A stretch of DNA of 50,244 nt, counting the filler, from Streblomastix strix (Eukaryota), in assembly GCA_008636045.1 (NCBI GenBank). It is 3 parts of 3 records of this genome, joined end to end, with 100 filler letters (N's around TTAATTAATTAA, not from the genome) between each part and the next. Parts side by side here need not be neighbours in the genome. Positions count along the whole stretch, not along the records: positions 33,576 to 50,244 come from SNRW01000777.1; 2 more parts are not named here. One strand, 5' to 3'. The notes beneath the pieces are model-generated. The model was not told the origin of the DNA. It ran no database searches and saw only the letters and a list, made by a program, of their open reading frames with translations. The position numbers and the translations under genes were made by a program. Numbering within the stretch: the stretch's first letter is position 1; every line of letters starts with the position of its first letter. Below are positions 34,882 to 47,300 of this stretch, in pieces.

Positions 34882-37800
34882 AATGAAAGTAAATGAAGGA
34901 AATGGTGAATTTCAGGATAAGTTTTGGAATGAATCTCAAGTTATTGAATAAGAAGCTTTTTATTTGCAACCCAAGATTGTCTTGAACGGTTTATAGACTA
35001 AAGAAGAGTTTCAATAGAAGAATTATTGAGATTAGAATTATTCTCCAAACTAACTGGTATTTGAGGAGGTTAATTTGATGGTCCGTTTCTTTATAAAAGT
35101 AACATTTCTGCCATTTGTTTCACTTAATTAATATCATTCTGACGAAGCTGGCATGTAAGAACTTCAATATCTGAAGATACTGCAAGAGATGTTGACAGAA
35201 GTCTAAAGACAACAGCTCTAATTAATACTGTAAAATCTGGAAGAAGGGCAGAAATTCTGCAGTTTCTGATATATTGTGAATGTACATGCTAGATATCATC
35301 AAGAGATTGGCACTATTTAAGCGATGAAGTGAATCTTTTCCAACATGATTCAATGTGTGTAGTGTGGAATTGTTGAAGTGTTTATAAGAATTAATTAATT
35401 TCATAAATAAAGAGATTGAGTTTTCTGAATGTAGATATGTGCGATTATTATTTAACTTATTATCTTTTAGCTTTATTTCCTTTATCTCCTTAATCTCTAG
35501 AATTTCCTTATATAATCTTATTTCCAATGATTTATTCCTTTTCTTTTTAATTAATTGTATTTTAATAGAGTTAATGTTACCAATAATCCCATTCTCTTCT
35601 TCTGGCTGAATTAGACTAGGAAATAAACTCTAATACTCTCCTTGATATAAGAGATATCATTCTTATTAGGAGAATGAAACGGAATATGTTTGAATATTCT
35701 TTGAGTAATCCATTTTATTATTCATTTTGAAATACATTTTGTTTAATTGATGTTTCATTCTTCTAAGAAAGGTCTTCTTTTGAAAATAAGACTTTGCAAA
35801 TTTTCTCCATTTCATTCTAATTAATATCAGATTCCAAAATGTTCTGTTAGTTATCTGACAAACTATTTATTCTTATTCTTCTTTATTCTCTCGTCTCTTC
35901 AGCAGATAACATTGATAATGGATTATATACAAGAGTTATGTAGAATCCTTGTTCACTCTCTTTGTTATTATCTAAATTGTTTATTTATTATTAATTGGAT
36001 AATGAAATATTAATGTCATTATGGGATTGTAATTTTTAATGCTAAATAAAAACAAGAGAAATATTGCTTGTAAATGGTTCATTATATCTTTTACAAATTC
36101 TTAAAGAATCTTCAAGAATTGAATCAAGGTTTGCACATTAAATAATATTCATGTTTACTAACTGAGATTGTGAAGATGATTATGATGAAGATAATGACGC
36201 TAAATTCTATGAAATAATTGGACTGTTATTCTACTATGGAGAAATTGATTTTAGTTATAGACTATCATTAATTATATTTATTTTGCTTTATTCTTTACTA
36301 TTAATTAGTTTCTACTACTCAATATCCACTAAAATAAATTTCTTAATCAAATATGAATTAGATGAAGAATATGAAGAAGAAGCAATAAAAGGTTGAAATG
36401 TTTAGAAATATGGAAATGATGATGAAATTGCATTTGCAAAAAGAGATTATGTACTGAAATTATAATAATTTGAATCTTTATTATTAAATATATTATTTTA
36501 TTCATCATTATAATCATCAGGAAATATGAATGAAGAAAGAACAGATACTTATTATTCTACATTTCCTTATTAATGTTTTTATGAAGTATTAAATTTTTTA
36601 TTCATATTTAGAGGAATTGAAGATCTTGTTGCTTATTTTAGTAATTTAACATCCATAATACCACTAATAACAGAAGGTATACAATAACATGCAACAGCAT
36701 CTAAGAAATCACCAGAAAATCCTAGAAAATATCTTTTAAGAGAAAATAAATGGCCAATAAATTAAGATCTTTAAATTGCTATCCTTAGAGAAATATTTGA
36801 AACTAAATTAAATCTATGAACAATTGGAGAAATAATTGAATTTTATAAAATGTCGCTTAAAGGAGGAAGAATAAGTTAAGATGTTGTATTAGATTGAAGA
36901 ATAGACCAATTAAATTAATCAAATTAAGATTTTGAATTATCTTTATATTATTCATTCTATACAGATTATTTATCAGATAACTATTGAGTTGGAGGTTATA
37001 GTATTTATTTTGATTGATTATTGGATTAATCTTCTTATAAAGTTTCTTTATTATTTTCATCATATTTCCCCTTGATTGATTTAATATCTTAATTAGTATC
37101 AATTTTTGTATCTTCTTTTTCACTTTATATATTATTATCATAATCAATATCCATTTTCTAATTGTCCAGCTATTTCTCTTAATCCATTAAATTTTCTTGT
37201 TTTATAACTTAATCTTGTTTCTTTTCAATTATATTTTAATTTTCTTCATTTATTGTTTGTTCATTAGTTGATCTGTTTAAATACCAGTTATCATAAGTAG
37301 GAGGAAGTAATGCATCTTTTTACCAAATAATTCCCTTCTGTTTAATTTGTTATTCATTTTATTCTTCTTCATCTTCATCTTCATCTTCATCTTCTTTCTA
37401 ATCCAACCAAATGAGTCTTATTTCTTATTCACGTTAATGTCTTCTTCTTACATCCTATATGCTACTTCCAGGAATTAGTCTTCTTTCTCTCCATTCTTGT
37501 GTGTGTTATCTTCTTTCTATTGCTGCAAATCTCTGCGCATATTCAGTTAATATTCTCACTCTAGCTCTTGTTCTTGGAGTTAATGGAGGAAGTTACTGTA
37601 ATTATTGTTCTATTTACTAATTGTTTACTTATGGGGTTGAAAGTGGATGTTGTAATAGATTCTATACAGACTATTTATTATTTACTTATTCTACTTCATC
37701 TTATATAGCATTTTTATGGAATTATGGCTGTCTTTATTTAATAGTTAATGAATTGTCATCTTATTGATATGGAGATAATAATTAATTCGCTAAATTTAAA

Positions 37801-40540
37801 AGTTGATATGAAGTTGGATTACGAGGTAATTATAACAATACTTTGGATGATTCAGATTGAGGAGCAGTTGAAGGCGTTATTATATTTCCAAAGATAGAAA
37901 CTTACAAAGGTCTTTATTCTAATTTTTTAATCATCTCTTATTCTTTGTGTGCATTAATCTTGATTCAATTGAATTAATATAAAGAACAATAAGTATAATT
38001 ATATTAATATCAAATAACTTATTCATACCTATATTCTCAATTCATTGAGTAAACTGCGCTTCACTTGATCAGAATTCATCTTCTCCGCTTATTTACGAGC
38101 TTCTTCAGCTTCTAACATTCCTTTAATTCTATTTCTTCTTTCATTCAGAATCTCATTTTGCTTCAATCTTTCAGCTCTATGAATAAGTCTCTCTACTTTA
38201 AACATAGATCTCGCTTTAGATAATTCTTGATCTGATGAAAATGATCTATTTTATTAATCAAACTCTTTTTCTTCAGCATCATTTGAACTATTTTCATCTT
38301 CTTCATTATCTTTATTCATTCTTTCTTTTCTCTTATTATTAACATTGGAAATATTTCTATCTTTCAAACCATCATTTAATTTATTTAATTTATTTTTATA
38401 GTCAATCATCGTATCATCTTCCAATCTCACTTCAAATTCTTCATCTTCTGAATCAAAATCTTCATCAATTAGACAAAATTCAGCTAAAAACAATTATCTA
38501 TTCCAAAAATGACTCAAATTGAGTTTATTCTTAGATTATGATGAAGATTAAATTATGGGCTGTTATGAATGCTTATTTTAATTTATATTCATTTCTTCTA
38601 CATTTGTTGAAATAGATTCTGAAAGGTCCATATTATTCAATTTATTTTTTTCTTCTTCAACTTAAATAATCATATTTTCATTCTTAATTCTTATGATGCC
38701 ATGTTATTAATCCCATTAAAATGGTTATTAATTAATATTCATTTATTATTCAACATTAATACTTAATCCATTCGTTCCATCTTTATTCATTAATAGTCAA
38801 ATCCATTCACCACATCTCTTAATCATATGAACTGCATCAATTATATCTTTATTTTTATTCTTATTAATATTTGAATTAAATAACTTTATTTCTTTTTGAG
38901 TTTCATCATTATCATTTCCTAATTAAATTAAAGATGTTTTAGTTAATGCATTTCTAATAAATGATGGAATCCTATTCTTTTTAATTCTAATACCAAATAT
39001 ATCATCAAGTTAATTAGAATTAATTTATGATTACTATTCATTTAATTTTTATTCATTATTTTAAGTGTTAGAATCAATTTGACTAAATTCTTATTCGCTT
39101 TAGTCTGAATCCGATGAATTATTTTATTCTTTATTAACATCTAAATTAATTGGTGATTATTCATTTTATTCTTAATATTCATTTCCTTATTAATGAGATT
39201 AATATAAAATGTCAATTTTTCTTCTTATTTCCTAATTATCTTTATCTTCTAAATAGCTTTATTTTATTTAATTCGTTTAATTTATATCTTAATAAATATT
39301 TTCTTTCCTCTAATCCGTGTTTCTAACCTATAAAATATTAATATTTGTATCTTTGTCCATTAGTTTAATTAATTATGTTTATTATCTCATTATTTATTTT
39401 CTTTTTTCTTTTTCTCTTCTTTTCTTTGATTATTCAATTTCTTTCTTTTCTTTTTCTTCTTCATATAATTTCTTCTTTGCTTCTTTTTTCATCAACTTCC
39501 AACTTTAACGCTATGTTCTTCTCCTTTCAATTTCTTCTAATGAAAAAGGCTTCTAATTATTATTTTCAGATATATTATCTCCAAATAATATATTTGTGTA
39601 TTTATTCTTCATTTCCTTTCATTCATCTTCAAGTTATCCATTAACAAGAAAGAATTCATTATGCGGATCCAATAATATACCATTTTTCATCCAATTAATA
39701 ATCATTTATAACAATGGTATTAATGATTATTAGAAAAGAAATAATGCTAATGGATATATTTATGCATCGGCTGACTATGTAAATAAAAAAGATATAGTAA
39801 TAAATAAAATATAAATAAATAATATACATCAATTATGTTATTGAGTAAATCAAGAAGTTTGATTCCCCTTGGTATTAATGCAAATCCACTTTACTCATAT
39901 TCTTCAAATGATTAAAATGACTAATTTTATGGTTAAGGAATAAATGATGATGGAATCTTCTAATCACATTGTGTGAGTTAAGCCAGAAATATGAGGAATG
40001 GTTGAATTGTATGGGCAAATAAAGTCATATTAAGAATAATCTACTACGCTTCATCATATAAATTAGAAGACTATTTATCATTATCATTTGAATCAACAAT
40101 CTTTGCATGAATTAAACTTTGAGATGTTCGAATGAATTATTCCACATTCTCTCGATAAAACTGATAAAAATTCAACAATGCACCTCCAAAAGAACTCAAA
40201 ATATTTCCTCCATTTTCAGCATTATTATAAAAATACAACGAAATTCTTTCTATTCTTCTGGTAATAAGTCCAAGTGTAGCAAATCTATCAACCAATACTG
40301 ATAAGTGCAATTAACTGGTTGAATACTATAGCCATTGAGAGTTTTCTTGTATAATATGGTAGCTGGAACAATCTTCAAATTTGCAAAGTTCACTTGAAAC
40401 TCCCAATAATATACTTCCCATTGTCTATAATAAAAATGCCAGCAAACTGAAACTTAAGAAAAATATGCTATATATACCTCTATTTCGGCAAATACTGCAG
40501 CTAATTTTTCATTCATTTTATTTTCATGTTGTTGTTCCAT
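34875..40540 (-). CDS. TUBGCP6: Gamma-tubulin complex component, GCP6-like; 4 exons; two in-frame TGA
   Basis: GRIP1-type segments: ILLGVSSE, IPRGIKLLDLL, NWMKNGILLDPHNEFF, IPSFI, RCGEWI. GCP6-like coiled-coil insert: RARVRILTEYAQRFAAIERRQHTQEWRERRL. GRIP2-type segments: HLFSLKRYFLGFSGDFL, EYSNIFRFILLIR, IESCWKRF...SLDDIQHVHSQYI. No frameshift. TGA at 39619-39621 and 38797-38799. The GCP family call is firm; the GCP6 subtype is from remembered motifs. Confidence 0.75.
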
Positions 40541-41324
40541 TTCTAAATAGAAAAAAAAGAAAGAAAAAAAAGAGAAAAAAAAATAATTAAATAGAAGAAA
40601 GAGAATGTGAAAAATGAATTACAAAAAAATATGTTTTATGAGCTATTTAAAAGTTAAATAATATAAATTAAGAGTGAAATGTGCTCAAGATGATACAAAT
40701 ATAACAATTAAGTGAAAAATAACAAAAAAGTTTAAGGAAGATTTGTATTTAAAAGATTAATTTATGATTTAATGTTTTTTGGAGTTGAATTAGGGTTTTT
40801 ATTGGCACGAGTTTAATCAGAAAATATATAGAAATAGTTCAAAATACCGATTTAAATAAGAAAAAAGCAAATTTTATAAAATAATACATTCAAACTAACG
40901 AGTAGAAAGTGTTTTAATATTGAAAATGTTCGGTGCAGAATTATGGCATTAAAACAAAATGAAGGAACTTTATTAAGAAAATATCGATAGTATAAGTATA
41001 TTAGTGTCAATTAAAAATAAATGATAGGCATTTGCATAAGAAATTAGAACGAAAAAGCTTGGAGAATAGATCTCGGTTGTGGTGTTTTGAAAGAGTATGA
41101 AATACATTCAAATAATATTCAAACAATATATTTTGTTTATTACACCTTAATTGAGCAAAAACGCACAATGGATGAATAATTCTAATTTTCTCGAAGCGCC
41201 AAGCTTTTTCAAGTTTGATAAATCAAAAAATTATTAACTAATATCTGTTCTATTATTTATCTTTACTTATTCTTAACCAACCACTTACTTCCATTGAAAA
41301 CGAAATAAATAAAATATTTTGCAG

Positions 41325-44300
41325 ATTATGAGCCACCAAATTAGAATAACACACGCAAAGATATGAGCTCGTATATATTTACAGATGATGATACGGATAA
41401 AGATTTAAAATTGTAAATTAAATAATGTTAGACTATTTTCGTTCAAAACAAATTCCACTAAATTGTCATATAAGGGATATAAGCTGTTACGTTCGATCAA
41501 CACATTTTTTCTATAATTGGAAATTTCCATTTACATTCATTTGAATCTATTACTTTGAAATTGATTTATCATTATTTAATTTTATTTCCTTTATAGTAAA
41601 ATGGAATCACAAATTTGTATTGAATGTCTTGAAGCGTTGGAGATAGATTTATTCAACATTGGCATCAATATATTTAGTTAAAAAGTTGTTATTGAAAGAA
41701 TTAAGAAGATTCTCAACTTTCCTGCTTGGGGAACCTTCTTTCCTCGAGTTTTATCGTGTGTCAAAATAGTATCAAACATCTCAGCTAAATTCTTAGATTC
41801 AAATCTTGAGTGTAATATGGCTAGTGAAGAAGAATTACATGAGATTCATTGTACTTCATAGCTCCTTCTTAGATAAATGCTATTTCTATTTTCATAACAA
41901 TCTTAAGATATATCAGATCTATTACCAATTTATAATTAACTTCTAATAAACTTTGTTAGAATTAGAAATATTGATATAAATAATAGCTTTAAAGATAAAG
42001 AATCTGATTTGATATGTTTAGTTTAATGTTTTCAAACATTGAGATTGATGAAGATTGAACATGATATACTTGTAGATGAATGGAATATAAGACTTATTGA
42101 ATATAAGAATTAAGGAAGAAGATAAATAATAGAAGATAATTAGGAAACATTGGTACTTACATGTCGTCTATGCTCATTATATTGCAGAATTAACGCTATA
42201 TTTAGATTTATATAAATGTACACAGCACCTGAAATAGAAATAGCCATTTCATATGATTTGAGACTATCAGATAAAACATCATAAAATACTTTGAATTTAT
42301 TATAAGATTAATTCAAATTATCTTCAATTAAAGAAAATGACAATAAATAAACAAATAATTCAAATTGTTGGTTTGTTTATTCATCTCTTTTATGGGAATG
42401 GGGATTTGAAGAATTTTAATCCTCATTATTATACATTCTTCCACCACATTCAATATTAGTTCATTCTAATTCTTAATAGATATCATCCATATCATAACAA
42501 CAATAAATAAATAAAGATTCTAATTCCTTAAACTAAAAATAAGATTAGAAAAGGAATACATCTCCTCAATTATCATAAAAACCTCCTCTTGCACCTCAGA
42601 TAACACAGGCTCCTCAACAAACACTTATTTCTGTATTAGATTAATCTGGATAAATGAAATAAAAGATTTAATAATTCTTCTTATTATAAAGTGAAGGTAA
42701 GAAAGTGAGCGCATCATAGTCATATTCTGCTTAGATGGTATAAATAGGAGCATAACATATTATTGGGATTATTTATGCATTTCAAAATAATACTTAAAAT
42801 GATAAAACAATTTCAATTCAATAATCTTCTTCATGATCAAATTAGTCAGATTAAAGTTCATCCAGAATTGAAATTCCTTTTTTAAATAAGTTTTCATTGG
42901 CAGGAGAGCATGCAGAAATTCTCCTTCCTTTGATTATACTCCTTCGAATGGTTTTGAATTAATCACTATAATCAAGATCAGCTATTCTTATGAAGATGTT
43001 AAATACATTGATTATTAATTAGGAATCGGCTGTGTTGTAAGTTAAGGAGGATAAAAACTAAGACAATTCTCCAATTTATTTTCTTCTTATTATTCTTTAA
43101 TCTTAAAAATATTAATGTATGTATAATAAAGATTCAATTAGAGAAACAAAAAATGAAAAGTTGTAACCATCTTAAAATAGAACTTCATTTATTGAACTAA
43201 TTGCCTCTCTTTATTAAATACTCCAATAGAGTTTATATTAATGTGCAATATAAATATCATCTAATTAATCATCTCCAATATTCCCATCTGATATTGTAAG
43301 AGGAAAGAATGCTGATCTGTCATCATTAATAATTGGATAAGATGGAGAGCTTATTCCTTATGTTGCTATTTCTATCATTTAGAACCTTTATGACTAAGTT
43401 CATATATTACTAATTGAAATATTGGATATATTGACTGAATTGGCTGTTTATTCTTCTGATATTGTGAAAGAATAAGCTAGAATTGGGATGCAAAATACTT
43501 TTCATACAAATGAATAAATTGAATAACTACATTCATTTCAATCAAATACTTCCTCGCATTAACTAGTCTCCAATTCTTTCTCATTTCATTCTCGTTTATC
43601 TGGATATAATTCATCTAAATGTTAGAATATATATATTTCCAATATTATTAACTTCTTATTCATTCTGACTCATACATTTCACAAATAGCTTGTATAATCA
43701 CCTCTTTTTATGTCAATTTCTGATATATAGTAAATTTCGATAAACAAATCTAATTAATATTCAATTCCAATATAATAATATGATTCATAACTAATATAAA
43801 ATCAATAATTATAATTCCCACATCTTTCTTAACCAATATTAATATTTTCTGTTCCTTTATTCTTCTCATTTATTCATTGTTTGGATATTTGGCATTAAAA
43901 TTGGCCTTATTTATATTTCTCATAATCTCCACTAATAAATAAAAATGAAAATATTATTAATAATCATAAATATAATTAATAATAAGAAAATATAATTGAT
44001 TTTAATACAACTCCAGTTCATTCTATTTTCTTGCTTCTTGTATCATAATTAAATTAATAAGAAATGAACTTATTATTTAAAAGAATAATAATAAGGAATA
44101 ACTTAATTAGTAATTCAGATAATCCTTATTTGTATTTCAATATTCTTTCATTTAAATAAACACATAATATTACTATTAATCAAACACTATCAAATTCTTC
44201 ATTTGTTAATCTCTTACCAAGACTCATTGTAGTGCTATTAATATGCATAGACTTGACATAACAATAGAAATGTGGATGATTGAGTAGAGGAACAATATCA

Positions 44301-47300
44301 CTTCTTACAAACAAAGCTCTTTCCTCTTTTTCACCTTCTTACTATTAAAGATATTAACTAATGAATAATAAATAATCTTATAAATTAAACTCAAAGGATG
44401 TATTAATTCCTAATAATATTAAAAGATGTTATTAAACTCTGTTTCCCAATAGATGTGATTTTTATGGATCTTCAGTATCTTCTTCATAACAAACATCTTT
44501 TACATCATTTATTTCTCTTAATAGTATAATAAATGGATATTAAGATACTTCTTCATTTTAAATAAGAAGAAATGTAAAGAAGAAATAATATAAGGAAGAT
44601 AAAGGATAAGTAGTTGGAATATTTAATACAGAATGGATCGATGAAGATTAAGAAGAAGATTAAGAAGAAATGAAATAAAGTCAAATACAAGAAAGTTAAT
44701 ATAAAAAGTCCTAAATTTCATCATAATTGTAACATTCATAATAATATTAATATAAATAAACTCCAGAAGAATAATCTCAAGCATTATTTATTAAAGAAAC
44801 GATTGTAGATAAACTAAGAAAACAAGAAAATGATCTTCCATCTGCTGATTAAAGTATTAGATAACCTTGGATAATATTCCCAAACTAATAACATATTCAT
44901 TAGATACTAATTGATGAAAGAGAAGAAAGAATATTAAATGAAATGGAATTAGACAAATTGAAGAAGAAAAGAGAAATTATTTTGATGAAGAAGAAAGAAA
45001 AGGAATAAAAGAAACCAAATAAAGATATTGATACTGTTAAATATGATGAATAATTAGAATAAGATTCAAATATTGAATAATCATCTCTTCCTCCTCATCC
45101 TTTCAATAACAATAATTTACTTCTTCTATCGTCTCATTCAGTTAAACTACCACATTATCCATTTCATAACTAAATGTATATTAATTCACTTTCATTTATT
45201 TCTTCATTATAGTTATAATTAATTTCACTCTTTATAATAAAAGAAATACTTATAATGATTCCTGGTGAATGTGAAATAAATAATGACATAGAAAACAGGA
45301 AAGAAAATAAAAATGAATAAGAAATACAAATATAATAACAATAATAATAATATAACCATTATCTATCTGAAAGTGTAATATCATCTCTAATGGCTCAATT
45401 TATTGATATTTCTATTCCTCATCCATTTAGAAATCTAAGTAATAAATATTTATAATAGTAATTGAATAAAGAAGATGAATATCAAGAAGGAAATGATTAT
45501 ATTTATGATGAATATGAAAGTGATTCTGATGAAAATAGAGAAAAAGATAATATTGTTACAAAAGCTCAACAACTATAATAAAATATAGATTAAAATGAAA
45601 TAATTTCAATCTTATCTCAATCTAATTACAAAAATGAAATTAGAATAATTAATAAAAGAGGGAGTATTTGGACTGATGGGTTAATAATTGCTGATAATAT
45701 AGAGAAATAATTAAATAATAAAATTATTAATAATGTTATTGGATAATAATTACTTGATAAAATTCAATAATAATCTTTTTCTCATCATCCTCACTCTCCT
45801 TCTTAATTGTCATCAATTAATTCTTCTTCTTAATAATAAGTATTTTAATATTCAATATTATAACCTTAATTATCATCATCTTATTATCGTTCTATTTCTC
45901 CATCAAATATAAATCATCCTTCATAATCACATTAATAATAATAATAATAAATTCAATAATCAGAATAATTATACTCTAATTTCCATTTTCACAATTCATT
46001 ATCATTTTCCTCATTATGCTTCAGATATAAAGTTAATAAATCTAATTCATATTATAATTCCTCTATTTAATCCCCTTTTCCTTATCTTCTTCCATCTCTT
46101 TCTTCAATATATGATATTCCTCATTCAAACATTCATTCATCAACATCTCTTCATCATTCTTTCTATTCTTCATTATAATAATAATCATAAATTCATTCAT
46201 AATTATTATCTTTATAGTTATTATCTATATTAATTTAAAAATTTTATATCTCTGTATAAAAATTGATTAAGAATGTTAATTATTAAACTTAAGATTAATA
46301 ATAATATTAGGATGAAGAATAAAGAGATGCTGGTTTGCATTAAAGTAAAAATTTAGGAATAAATGATGGGAAACTATAATTAAGTGAACTTGAAACAGAA
46401 AATTAAAAGAAAAAGATAATAGATATATATTAAAATAATAAAGAAAATTAAGTTGTAAACAAACAAATAATTTATAAACGAAAATAAATTATAGAATATG
46501 TTCTTTTTCCATATTCAATTAATATTCATAATTTTGATTTAAATGAGTAAAAATAACAAGAATAACAAGCTAATGCGCAAATGAATAATAATATGAATGA
46601 TTAATAAAGTAAATAATTGAATTTATTCTTCCCTTTATTGACATGGATAGCTGAAGAAGTATTAATTAGAGGAAGATAATAAGATAATAAGAATGAGGAT
46701 TAAAATGATATTGAATAATAATAAAAGAAGAATTGTAATATTATAACATTGTTGTTTCCTCGACTTCACAATAATAATAATTATAATAGTTGTAATTCTG
46801 ATTGCATATTATTTAACTCATCTTTCTATTTACTTATATATTAGTAAAGAAAGTTAATAAAATAAGAAATAAAAATTTAATTAGAGAAAATTGATGAGAA
46901 AAAGAAATAAGAGAAAATAATTAGAAAATAAGTATTATTATTGATATAATAAGAATAATAATAGAAAAAGAAATAATAATCTTAATCTTAGTAATACAGT
47001 ATATAGTTATAAAATATATAAGAATAAATATAATTATAGCAATAAAATCTGTAAATACTAAATAATACATTAAAGTATATAAAAATAATATTTCATCCTC
47101 TTCATTCGTATTATTAATATATTAATAATGATATTCGTCATCTTGATATTATTAATGATAACAGTAAAATAATGTAAATAAACAATATTGATGAAATAAA
47201 TAATGAAGAATATGAATATGAAAGAGAACAATAATAAGATTAAGTGAAAATTATTTTAAATTAATTTGACAATGATTCTTCTTCTTTTCAATATTCATTC

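Noticed and set aside
40541..41167. Bidirectional promoter between the head-to-head genes
   Set aside because: Plausible from the layout, but no motif can be supported from sequence alone.
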